Source of the DNA: a virus
DNA: 38,491 nt
Virus record (IMG/VR): IMGVR_UViG_3300029839_000006
Reading direction: 5' to 3' (one strand)
Positions 1 to 7,025 of this stretch are shown here, piece after piece; position 1 is the stretch's first letter; every line of letters starts with the position of its first letter. The position numbers and the translations under genes are program-made. Under the pieces are notes generated by a model. The model was not told where the DNA came from, made no database searches, and worked only from the letters and a program-made list of their open reading frames with translations.

Positions 1-99
1 CCGGAGGAGTGCGTGGCCACGCTCTACTGCGACGACGAACGCAACGAACCCGCACGACTAAGCATCGCACGGGTTCGCACATTTTCGGGTTGGTGCCCC
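1..99. repeat. Terminal direct repeat; bases 1-99 are identical to 38393-38491 (assembly overlap of a circular genome).
   Basis: Seen directly: exact 99-nt identity of both window ends. The repeat lies inside an open reading frame that continues seamlessly across the junction. Confidence 0.9.
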
Positions 100-174
100 G
101 TTTCAAAAGATAGTCGAACCCAGGTACTGGCGCTCGGGCGCTCCGTGTTCATCAGATTTTCTCGGGCCGCCTAA
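1..174 (+). CDS. int: Large serine recombinase, 3' portion; the frame continues from 38491 and stops at TAA 172-174.
   Basis: Frame continuity across the 99-bp repeat. Combined length is ~495 aa, typical of large serine integrases. Confidence 0.8.
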   Translation, partial: PEECVATLYCDDERNEPARLSIARVRTFSGWCPVSKDSRTQVLALGRSVFIRFSRAA

Positions 175-191
175 AATAGCAACTACTGAAA

Positions 192-228
192 AAGGGGAGG
201 TCCCGCGAGGAGCCTCCCCTTTACTTTT
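192..228. terminator. Bidirectional rho-independent terminator between the convergent integrase and endolysin genes.
   Basis: Stem GGGGAGG...CCTCCCC flanked by AAAAA upstream and TTTACTTTT downstream. Sits between the int stop (174) and the minus-strand lysin stop (231). Confidence 0.7.
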
Positions 229-230
229 GG

Positions 231-1298
231 CTATCCCACCACCAGCACTTGGCCGGGGTAGATCACGTTCGGGTTCGCCAACCCGTTCGCCTTGGCCAGC
301 GTCCGGTAGTCCATGCCGTACTTGGCGGCGATTCCCGAGAGCGTGTCGCCGCTCTTGACCGTGTAGGTCTTCTTGGACGAAGCGCCGAGGCGGACATTGA
401 CCACGCCCTGCACCTCCGCATAGCGCTCGCCGAGCACGCGCTTGCGAAGCTCGCCGCTGCCGAGCTGCCCACGGATTACCGCGTCGGCCAGCTCCGTGGC
501 CCCCGTCTTCAGGACGTAGTTCACCAGCTCCTGCACCTCGTCGTAGCGGTCGCCGAGCGCCTCCTTGCGCGCGTCGCCGTTGCCGTAGGTGCCGTCCATG
601 ACGCGGGCGGCCAGCTCGAGCGCCGTCTCCTGCGGCTGCGGGACCGTCCCGCTCGGCTTGGCATCGGGAACTGGCAGGCCCTTGGGGTTCGCCACCCTGT
701 CCCAGCCGTCCGCATCGAGGTGCGCGATGTCGAGGTCGAGCGGCCCGTCGTATCCGTCGAGGCGGCCGTTGGAGCTGTACTGGTGGAGCGCGCACTCGTT
801 CCACGCGCCGAAGCCGCCGGAGGGCAGCCACGGGGTCGCCTGGTATGCCGTGCGCTCCGTATTCGCATACTGGGCGACCCACAGCGGGTGGTCTTTGGCC
901 ACAGCGCTCCAGTCGTCTTCGGTGCAGACGCTGCGGCTCATGTAGACCGCGCATCGGATGCCCGTCAGCTCATGGACGCGGTCGAGGAACTTCTTGGCAC
1001 CTGCGGCCCCGTGGACCATGCCGTACATCTCGTAATCGAGCGCGGGCACGCCGTTGCCGAAGTAGTTCTTGGTCTGCGATACGAAGAACTCGGCCTGCTT
1101 CACCGGGTCTTCGCCGTTCAGGAAGTGGTAGAAGCCCCATTTCTTCCCGAGCGCCTTGGCCTTCTGGACGAAGCCGTCGCAGGTGTCGTGGACGATTCCG
1201 GTGCCCTCGGTCGCCTTGCAGATCATGAAGTCGAACGGGACCTTGTCGAGGTCGATACCCCTCTGGTAGTTGCTGATGTCGATGCCCTGCACCGTCAA
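231..1298 (-). CDS. Endolysin: GH25 muramidase plus two CW_7 repeats plus a C-terminal LysM.
   Basis: N-terminal [12 protein letters not shown]... is the GH25 signature. Two repeats ([25 protein letters not shown] and [25 protein letters not shown]) match the CW_7 motif. C-terminal [17 protein letters not shown]...PGQVLVV is LysM. Uses a TTG start. Confidence 0.85.
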   Translation of the reverse strand: MTVQGIDISNYQRGIDLDKVPFDFMICKATEGTGIVHDTCDGFVQKAKALGKKWGFYHFLNGEDPVKQAEFFVSQTKNYFGNGVPALDYEMYGMVHGAAGAKKFLDRVHELTGIRCAVYMSRSVCTEDDWSAVAKDHPLWVAQYANTERTAYQATPWLPSGGFGAWNECALHQYSSNGRLDGYDGPLDLDIAHLDADGWDRVANPKGLPVPDAKPSGTVPQPQETALELAARVMDGTYGNGDARKEALGDRYDEVQELVNYVLKTGATELADAVIRGQLGSGELRKRVLGERYAEVQGVVNVRLGASSKKTYTVKSGDTLSGIAAKYGMDYRTLAKANGLANPNVIYPGQVLVVG

Positions 1299-1846
1299 TC
1301 ACTCCCTATAGCGATGAAGTACGCCCACGATACGCTGGCGAACTCGTCTGTGTTCAGATTCACTTGTCCCTCGTCCGGGTCGCGGATGTCGGCCGTGCCG
1401 CCGTCCCACCCGCATATGAGCACGATGTGGCCTCCGTAGGCCCTCCCGCCCTCATGGAGCTGGCCGGTCATGGAGCCGAACACCATCCAGCCGCGCCCGG
1501 CATATCCGAGCGCCTCCTGCTGGTAGTAGAGCAGGCCCGTGCTCGACAGGCTCCCGTCGTTCGCGCGCATCCACGCGCAGAACTTCTGCATGTCGTTCAG
1601 GCCGCCCGTGGTGCACGTGTCGCCGACGGTCAGCGCGAGCCGAAGCGGTGTCCACTCCTCGCCGGTGAGGCCGGTGTACGCCATGGCTGCGCTTGTGAGG
1701 CCGCAGCCGCTCGTTGCGATGTCGTCCCCCGCATAGGGGAGAGCGCCCCAGCGCTCGTCCGTCTGGAGGTAGGTCGGGACCTGCGCTGGGGCGTCCTTGT
1801 CGTAGACGGTCGGTATCGCCTTTCCGGCCGTCCGCACCTGCGGCAT
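1295..1846 (-). CDS. Second lysin: papain-like Cys/His peptidase (C39/CHAP-like). The start is uncertain and an upstream TM segment may belong to it.
   Basis: [12 protein letters not shown] (Cys) and [13 protein letters not shown] (His) motifs. ATG at 1846. The upstream in-frame hydrophobic stretch YLAVCDAALALLAASVLVFLSLELG overlaps the holin 3' end, and a GTG is available at 1876. The rest of the 282-aa track ORF upstream is Arg-rich shadow frame. Confidence 0.55.
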   Translation of the reverse strand: MPQVRTAGKAIPTVYDKDAPAQVPTYLQTDERWGALPYAGDDIATSGCGLTSAAMAYTGLTGEEWTPLRLALTVGDTCTTGGLNDMQKFCAWMRANDGSLSSTGLLYYQQEALGYAGRGWMVFGSMTGQLHEGGRAYGGHIVLICGWDGGTADIRDPDEGQVNLNTDEFASVSWAYFIAIGSD

Positions 1847-1893
1847 CCCCAGCTCGAGAGAGAGGAAGACGAGCACGGATGCCGCGAGTAGCG

Positions 1894-2127
1894 CTAGTGC
1901 CGCATCGCAAACGGCGAGGTACCCTCCTCGACCTCCGGGACTCCGGCGATTGAGGTGAGTACCGATACCACTGCGGTGCACGCGGCCACGGCCGCGATCT
2001 GGCCCCAGTCGAGCGCCGTGATGGCCACGGCGGTCGAGCCGATGAGCGTCACGGCCGTCTGGGCGGCCGTCTTCACGGCGCGGACTCCTGCGGCGATGAG
2101 CCAGCGCTTGAGTGCGTCCTTGTTCAT
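1894..2127 (-). CDS. Holin (77 aa, two TM helices, charged C-terminus).
   Basis: Two hydrophobic helices (AAQTAVTLIGSTAVAITAL; IAAVAACTAVVSVLTSIAG). AGGAG RBS 5 nt upstream of the ATG. Lies immediately upstream of the lysins. Confidence 0.7.
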   Translation of the reverse strand: MNKDALKRWLIAAGVRAVKTAAQTAVTLIGSTAVAITALDWGQIAAVAACTAVVSVLTSIAGVPEVEEGTSPFAMRH

Positions 2128-2135
2128 AGTTGCTC

Positions 2136-2471
2136 CTAACCATTGTGGTTCTCTGGGTGCGTGTACTCGGGGATGCTGCCGTGTATGTCCAAGGTGTTGG
2201 CGTGCGCCCTGATCGTCTCGATGTACGTGTCCCCGTGGAGGAGGGCGTAGTTGTCGGCGCGCTTGTTGAGCGTGTCCAGCTCCATGGCCGTGATGTAGCC
2301 CCGGGCCACCGCCTCCTCGTAGCTGCGCACGATGGAGGCCTTTAGTTGCGATCGCTGCGCGGATATGACGGCCGAGTACTCCTTGCGGATGTCATGCAGC
2401 TGCCTGCCGAGATACCCGGCGAGGCCCGTCACCACCGCGAGCGTCAGTCCGCTGATAACGGTGGAGAGCAT
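2136..2471 (-). CDS. Lysis-cassette membrane protein (111 aa) with an N-terminal TM helix; possible holin partner or antiholin.
   Basis: ATG at 2471 is preceded by GAGGAGG. N-terminus MLSTVISGLTLAVVTGLAGYLG. The track ORF extends upstream only through an Arg-rich shadow frame. Confidence 0.55.
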   Translation of the reverse strand: MLSTVISGLTLAVVTGLAGYLGRQLHDIRKEYSAVISAQRSQLKASIVRSYEEAVARGYITAMELDTLNKRADNYALLHGDTYIETIRAHANTLDIHGSIPEYTHPENHNG

Positions 2472-2578
2472 CAGGCCTCCTCGTCCAGCATCTTCTGCAC
2501 CTTCTCGCGCCAAAGCTCGGGCACCTCGTCGATGGTGCGCTTTCCGGCCTTGACTTGGCGATAGTAGATTTTCGCCAT
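2471..2578 (-). CDS. XkdX-like small phage protein (35 aa: MAKIYYRQVKAGKRTIDEVPELWREKVQKMLDEEA). It is not in the ORF track.
   Basis: ATG at 2578. Its stop overlaps the next ATG as TGATG. The pattern resembles the XkdX family (…AGK.T.EE…), which sits between tail-fibre and lysis genes. Confidence 0.5.
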   Translation of the reverse strand: MAKIYYRQVKAGKRTIDEVPELWREKVQKMLDEEA

Positions 2579-2580
2579 TG

Positions 2581-2988
2581 CTACTCACCTCCCTTGATTG
2601 CCGCCACGAGGTCGCCGAGCTCCGCGAGTGCGGCCTCCTGGTCCTCGATTGCCGACTGCTGCTCCGCGACCATGTCGCCGAGCTCCGCGAGGGCGTCGCC
2701 GCTATCGCTGGCGCTCTGCTCGGTCTCGTCGATTCGCTCGTCGAGGGTCATGCCGTCGCGCACGGCCTGCTCCCAGAGCTGGTCGAACGCCTCGGTGGCT
2801 TCGTCCTTCGAGATGGCGGCGAGGACGTACTGCTCGTCAGCCTGCCACTCCACGGTGGCTTCTCCGGCAGGGTCGATCTGCTCGCGCGTCACCTTCTGGA
2901 TGTTGCGGCGCAGCCTGATGTCCGCGAAGCCGTCCGGGCGCTCGTGGTAGTCCACGGCCTGAAGCTCCGCCGTCGAATAAACTCTCAT
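2581..2988 (-). CDS. Acidic hypothetical protein (135 aa) with a C-terminal ALAELGD repeat; an XkdW-like position.
   Basis: ATG at 2988 with a GGAG RBS. Strongly acidic. Its 5' 150 nt overlaps the RT 3' end in another frame. Confidence 0.5.
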   Translation of the reverse strand: MRVYSTAELQAVDYHERPDGFADIRLRRNIQKVTREQIDPAGEATVEWQADEQYVLAAISKDEATEAFDQLWEQAVRDGMTLDERIDETEQSASDSGDALAELGDMVAEQQSAIEDQEAALAELGDLVAAIKGGE

Positions 2989-4078
2989 CGAGTCTCCTCT
3001 CGGTCTCGGCAAGGCTCACGACGTCCTTGCACCGTGCGAATGTATCCTCGGCGTGATATTTCTCGATGACTCCCTTGCTGCAGCTGTGTTTCAGGTATCC
3101 GTAGTAGCTGATGCAGCGCCGGGCCAGCGGCAGCGGTATGACCTCCGACCGCCCGGCGAGCATGAAGGCCCGTCTGGCGCGCAGGAAGATGCCCGGCCGG
3201 ATGGTGGTCTTGTACGTGTAGAAGACGAAGCCGACCATATCCAGCGGCTCCTTATCCACGGCGCATACCTTCCACGGCTTCAGCTCGACGTGCAGCTCGT
3301 CGCTCACGAACTTGGACAGGCGGCGCGCGGCCATCTTGAGGTCGCGCTTGTCGTGGCCCATGAGCAGGATGTCGTCCATGTAGAACAGCACGTGGTCCAC
3401 GAGACGCTTGTCCGTCACCACGCCCGTGCGCCTGTTCACGCGCGTCTTGCGCAGGCGCTCCTGCGCGTAGTGGTACGCGCGCGAGGCGTAGTAGTTGGCC
3501 AGATATTGGCTTAAGAAAGAGCCGATGTTCAGGCCGTGCGGGAACTGGTCGAGGAGGACGCCGACGAGGTAGAGCAGGGCCTCGTTCTTCACGTCGCGCG
3601 CGAGCATGGCGCGCAGAACGTCTTGGTCGATGCTCGGGTAGAACTTGCGGATGTCCAGCTTTATGAAGTACCTGGCCCTCGGCTCGCGTATCCACTTCTC
3701 GATGGCGTGCTTGGCGAATATCTGCCCGCGTCCCGGTATGGAGGCCGTCTGGTAGTCGCCTATCTTGGCCATGAGCAGCTCGGCTAGACCGTTCACCGCG
3801 ATGTAGTCGAAGCGCTGGTGCTTCGGCGTCTCGCGCCCGATGATGCGGTGCTTGCCGTTGATCGGCTCGATTCTGTTGAAGTACTGGATGGGTGCGACCG
3901 TGACGCGCCGCTCGCGTATCTCGGCGGCGAGGGAGCGCGCCAGCTCCTCCTCGCCTCCGTATTCGTCCAGAAGCGCCTGCACCTCCCTGCGCCCGCTCTT
4001 GCCTCGCAGAAAGTCGCGGACCGAAGCGAGGCAGAAGCCCTCGTACTCGATGTCCACGCGCTTGCAGTAACGCTTCAT
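2837..4078 (-). CDS. Diversity-generating retroelement (DGR) reverse transcriptase.
   Basis: RT motifs: YFNRIEPINGKHRIIG, FYPSIDQ, the DGR-specific LNIGSFLSQYLANYY (IGxxxSQ), and FYMDDILLMGHD (YMDD). ATG at 4078 with an AGGA RBS. The TR lies 129 bp upstream. Confidence 0.9.
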   Translation of the reverse strand: MKRYCKRVDIEYEGFCLASVRDFLRGKSGRREVQALLDEYGGEEELARSLAAEIRERRVTVAPIQYFNRIEPINGKHRIIGRETPKHQRFDYIAVNGLAELLMAKIGDYQTASIPGRGQIFAKHAIEKWIREPRARYFIKLDIRKFYPSIDQDVLRAMLARDVKNEALLYLVGVLLDQFPHGLNIGSFLSQYLANYYASRAYHYAQERLRKTRVNRRTGVVTDKRLVDHVLFYMDDILLMGHDKRDLKMAARRLSKFVSDELHVELKPWKVCAVDKEPLDMVGFVFYTYKTTIRPGIFLRARRAFMLAGRSEVIPLPLARRCISYYGYLKHSCSKGVIEKYHAEDTFARCKDVVSLAETERRLDESLFDGGASGRGLPRAPGRLRGHQAAPQHPEGDARADRPCRRSHRGVAG

Positions 4079-4206
4079 TGTGTCCTATCTGGTTTTGGCG
4101 TTCTTCGCCGCTGGGCTACCAAACGCCGTGGGGTTGATATTTTCGTCAGTTGACGGGGCAAGCCCGCTCGAAGCGGGTGGACTCGACGAGCGTGTTCCGC
4201 GTTTGA

Positions 4207-4316
4207 CCAGATTTCCGACCGCCATAGTTCCACCTGTAGTTGCCGAGCCTGTTGTTCGAATTGCCGTAGAAGGCACCGTACATAGACCCATTCCTGAGAT
4301 TGCCGAAGCACTGCAG
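4207..4316 (-). repeat. DGR template repeat (TR), 110 bp.
   Basis: 84.5% identity to 4443-4552. All 17 differences are plus-strand T in the TR (A on the coding minus strand) replaced by other bases in the VR. The TR translation has AAC/AAT/TAC-rich codons (FGNLRNGSMYGAFYGNSNNRLGNYRWNYGG). Confidence 0.9.
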
Positions 4317-4366
4317 AAGGCCGAGAACCAAGCGGCTACCGCCGAGAACCCCCAAGGGACCTGGGA

Positions 4367-4409
4367 GGGGTGATGAGGGGGCGCTGCCCCCTCGCTTGCG
4401 CTTCACCCC
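4367..4409. other. Nested GC-rich hairpin immediately 3' of the VR (DGR target-recognition / homing hairpin candidate).
   Basis: Outer arms GGGGTGA (4367-4373) / TCACCCC (4403-4409). Inner hairpin GAGGGGG-CGCTG-CCCCCTC (4375-4393). Lies between the target stop (4421) and the TR. Confidence 0.6.
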
Positions 4410-4420
4410 CCGCACCATGG

Positions 4421-6016
4421 CTAGGCCATGGTGACCCCCAGGCCAGATAGCCGACCGCCAAAGGTCCACCCGTAGTGGCCGAGCCCGTAGTGCGAAGCGC
4501 CGCAGAAGGCACCGCACATAGACCCATGCCAGAGATAGCCGAAGCACCGCAGCTCTCGCAGGCCGGGGGATGAGATCGGGTCGGAATATATCGCGTCGCA
4601 GGTGCCCGTCGTTGAGGTTCCCTTGGAGCCTGTCGGCACGAGGAGGCCGGGGCACTTCGCGGACTCCTGCCAGTCCTCGTTGTACATCCACTGGCCGTTG
4701 GTCTTGCTGTCGCGGGCGGGCAGCTCGAGGTCGAGCTTGACGTGGTTGGCGTCGAGGGACGAGGAGTACTTGCGCGAATCGAAGCACTTGTACAGCTCGC
4801 AGTGGCCCTCGTCGGCCGACGTCTTGACCTGATTCACAATCACGTCGCACAGCGGCTCGTACGCTCCGCAGAGCACCTCGATGCCCTGGATGCGGTACGG
4901 CTGGCGCTGCTTGGGCTTGCCAGCGATGGGGTAGCCGTCCGTGCCGAGCAGGTTGTCGCACGTGCCCGTCTTCCACGGCATCGCGGATACGTAATCGTCG
5001 ACGGCCGTGGTGAACGGTGCGCCGTCGACGTAGACCGCGCATCGGTCGCTCATCGCCTCGATCTTGGTGACGGTGCGGTAGGCGAACGTGGACTGGCCCG
5101 CGGTCGCTCCTCGGTCGCTGTTCGGTCCGCAGACCAGCGTGGAGCCGACGAGGAAGTAGTCGGCCGCCGCCTTCGGCAGCAGCACGCGGTTCACGCCGGT
5201 CTCGGCCTCGAGGACCTTGTACTGGTTCGCGTAGTCGGTGCAGCCACCGAGGCTCTGGAGGTCCTGCGTGGCGTACTTGAGCATGAGCATGAGCTGGAGG
5301 TAGAAGTTGTCCGCTACGGTGCGGCCCGTGTAGCCCGCGCCCTTCTTCTTGCTGTAGCTGATTCCGGTGTCGTGCGAGCCGAACTGGAACGTGTGGACCT
5401 TGCCGGAGTAGCTGTGCGGGACGTTGTTGGAATCGCACCACGCGAGGTATGGCGAGAAGACGAGGAGCGGTCGCTCGGTGCCGTCGGCGTACTTCTGGCC
5501 GGGCAGCGGCCTCATGCCCTCGTACTTGGTGTCGGAGTAGAGCAGGCGCTTGTATCCGTTGCTGCGCGTGATGCTGTAGTAGCCGGGGCAGGCCATGACC
5601 CAGACGTCGCCGTTGGAGCCGTCGGCCCTGAAGCGGCCGTCGCCCTTCATGGCGGTGCAGTGGAACTTGCCGCTGTCGTCGACCGTGCCGTTGACGGTGA
5701 AGTACTCGAATGCGTTGAGCTTGGAGTAGTCGTCGCGGCCCGCCGTGGTGTTGGTGGCGGGCTGGCACACGAGGCCGACGTTGTCGCGCGTCTTGATGCC
5801 CTTTGGATCGTTCGAGTAGGTGTACTCGGGGATGTCGACGCCGTACACCTTGCCGTCACGGCGCAGGCTGAACCACTCGCCGAGGTTGTCGTACTCGCCC
5901 TTGGTGCCGTCGTAGTGCGGAGCCACGGCCACGGGGTTCGCCGAGGCCTTGTGCACCTTGGTGATGAGGTCGACGGTGTCGCCGAACGTCATGAACTTGT
6001 TTACCTGTACTGCCAT
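4421..6016 (-). CDS. DGR target protein: putative receptor-binding/tail fibre protein with a C-terminal variable (CLec-like) domain.
   Basis: 531 aa. The VR occupies the last ~40 codons. Strong AAAGGAGA RBS. It is the last gene of the baseplate module, downstream of the BppU-like gene. Confidence 0.8.
   Translation of the reverse strand: MAVQVNKFMTFGDTVDLITKVHKASANPVAVAPHYDGTKGEYDNLGEWFSLRRDGKVYGVDIPEYTYSNDPKGIKTRDNVGLVCQPATNTTAGRDDYSKLNAFEYFTVNGTVDDSGKFHCTAMKGDGRFRADGSNGDVWVMACPGYYSITRSNGYKRLLYSDTKYEGMRPLPGQKYADGTERPLLVFSPYLAWCDSNNVPHSYSGKVHTFQFGSHDTGISYSKKKGAGYTGRTVADNFYLQLMLMLKYATQDLQSLGGCTDYANQYKVLEAETGVNRVLLPKAAADYFLVGSTLVCGPNSDRGATAGQSTFAYRTVTKIEAMSDRCAVYVDGAPFTTAVDDYVSAMPWKTGTCDNLLGTDGYPIAGKPKQRQPYRIQGIEVLCGAYEPLCDVIVNQVKTSADEGHCELYKCFDSRKYSSSLDANHVKLDLELPARDSKTNGQWMYNEDWQESAKCPGLLVPTGSKGTSTTGTCDAIYSDPISSPGLRELRCFGYLWHGSMCGAFCGASHYGLGHYGWTFGGRLSGLGVTMA
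4443..4552 (-). repeat. DGR variable repeat (VR) at the 3' end of the 531-aa tail/receptor-binding protein gene.
   Basis: Offset 236 bp from the TR, with adenine-specific substitutions. Encodes the C-terminal FGYLWHGSMCGAFCGASHYGLGHYGWTFGG. Confidence 0.9.
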
Positions 6017-6026
6017 TATTTCTCCT

Positions 6027-6797
6027 TTACTGGCCGAAAACCTTGCCGAAGGCGTAGTCGTAGTCCTCCTGGGTGAGGCCTTCGAGGACCGTGTCGGTGC
6101 CGATTGCCGGGGCGATGATGGACTCGAACGCCTCGTCGATTTCCGCGTGCGTGGCGAAGACCACTCCCGCGCTCGCCATGGCGGCGATCTTCTCCTTTGC
6201 GTCGTCCGTCAGGTCGTCGTAGTCGACCTTGAGCGACGCGAGCGCGGCCTCGCAGCGGTCGGCGGCGCTGTTCGCCCGGCCGCGCGCGTTGGAGACTTCG
6301 TCCATGATCGCCTGCCACTCGGACGCGCGCACATCCTCGGCGTTGCCGTAGGTGACGCGCTGCGCCTCGAGCGCGTTGATGAGGTGGTCGATCTCTGGGA
6401 TGTAGTCGCCGCCAGTGGCCTCGATGGCCACCGAGGGCACGACCCTGATGGCGATGTTGCCCGTGGATGCGGACCAGTCGCCCGAGCTGATGCGGATGTA
6501 CGAGGTCGGTATGTCGCCTGCCGCCTGCGTGAGCTTGGCGGGGACGGTGTACTGCACGATTCCGTCGGGCGCGGAGAGCACCGCGACGTTCTCGCCGTCG
6601 ATGACTTTCCCGCCGTCCGGCCGCAGCGCGTAGAAGCGCACGGTCATGCCCGTGAGGTCGAGCACCGCGCCCCCCTGGCGCAGGTTGACGTTGAACACGT
6701 ACGCCTCGGCGTCCTGCTGCCGAAGCGTGATGGGGTTGTCGAGCGTCGAGAAGCGGTTGGTGCCCTTCTCGATGTCGAGCGTGAGGTCTATGAGCAT
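6027..6797 (-). CDS. BppU-like baseplate upper protein / tail-fibre anchor (256 aa).
   Basis: N-terminus MLIDLTLDIEKGTNRFSTLDNPITLRQQDAEAYVFNVNL resembles the BppU_N domain. Lies directly upstream of the receptor-binding gene. Confidence 0.55.
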   Translation of the reverse strand: MLIDLTLDIEKGTNRFSTLDNPITLRQQDAEAYVFNVNLRQGGAVLDLTGMTVRFYALRPDGGKVIDGENVAVLSAPDGIVQYTVPAKLTQAAGDIPTSYIRISSGDWSASTGNIAIRVVPSVAIEATGGDYIPEIDHLINALEAQRVTYGNAEDVRASEWQAIMDEVSNARGRANSAADRCEAALASLKVDYDDLTDDAKEKIAAMASAGVVFATHAEIDEAFESIIAPAIGTDTVLEGLTQEDYDYAFGKVFGQ

Positions 6798-7025
6798 CTA
6801 GACCGCCTTCCCGAGCACTACTGCTCCTTGCTTGAACACGAGCACCAGCACGCGGTCCCCGGCCTTCACCTCGGCCAGGCACGTGCAGGTGGTCGATATG
6901 GATGGGTTGAGCCGCACGTCGGCGGTCCCGTCTTTGTTGACTGCGGCGACGGTGCCCCACGTGTGGGACTCCTTTGCGCCCGTCCCGCCGAACAGCAGCT
7001 CGTACAGCTCGTGGCCGCTTACCAT
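6798..7025 (-). CDS. Small gpV/Gp45-like OB-fold baseplate spike protein (75 aa).
   Basis: ATG at 7025 overlaps the upstream stop (ATGGTAA). The motif AEVKAGDRVLVLVFKQGAVVLGKAV resembles Phage_base_V. The rest of the 196-aa track ORF is shadow frame. Confidence 0.5.
   Translation of the reverse strand: MVSGHELYELLFGGTGAKESHTWGTVAAVNKDGTADVRLNPSISTTCTCLAEVKAGDRVLVLVFKQGAVVLGKAV

Noticed and set aside
249-1439. 396-aa plus-strand ORF antisense to the endolysin. Similar long Arg/Gly/Pro-rich ORFs occur at 103-954, 4742-6076, 8768-11053, 9262-11703, 12313-13935, 19838-20749 and 31336-32292.
   Set aside because: They are shadow ORFs typical of ~65% GC DNA. Composition is R/G/P/A-dominated with no RBS, and each is antisense or out of frame to a gene with clear homology.
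1847-2143. N-terminal 99 aa of the 282-aa track ORF (MVRSNYEQGRTQALAHRRRSPRR…).
   Set aside because: It is an Arg-rich alternate frame through the holin gene. The credible peptidase start is at or near 1846-1876.
2581-2988. 135-aa gene just downstream of the RT, considered as an Avd candidate.
   Set aside because: Avd proteins are basic helical bundles. This one is strongly acidic with a repetitive C-terminus, so it more likely belongs to the tail-fibre or lysis neighbourhood.
4075-4311. 78-aa minus-strand ORF covering the TR, considered as a possible Avd-like DGR accessory gene.
   Set aside because: It is a frame-shifted read-through of the TR and spacer with no helical-bundle character. 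It would make the TR coding, and its start overlaps the RT start. I treat it as noncoding.
4146-5768. 540-aa minus-strand ORF that contains the TR translation.
   Set aside because: It is out of frame with the real target gene (4421-6016) over almost its whole length and is Arg-rich. Only its last ~40 codons (the TR) resemble protein, because the TR is a copy of the coding VR.
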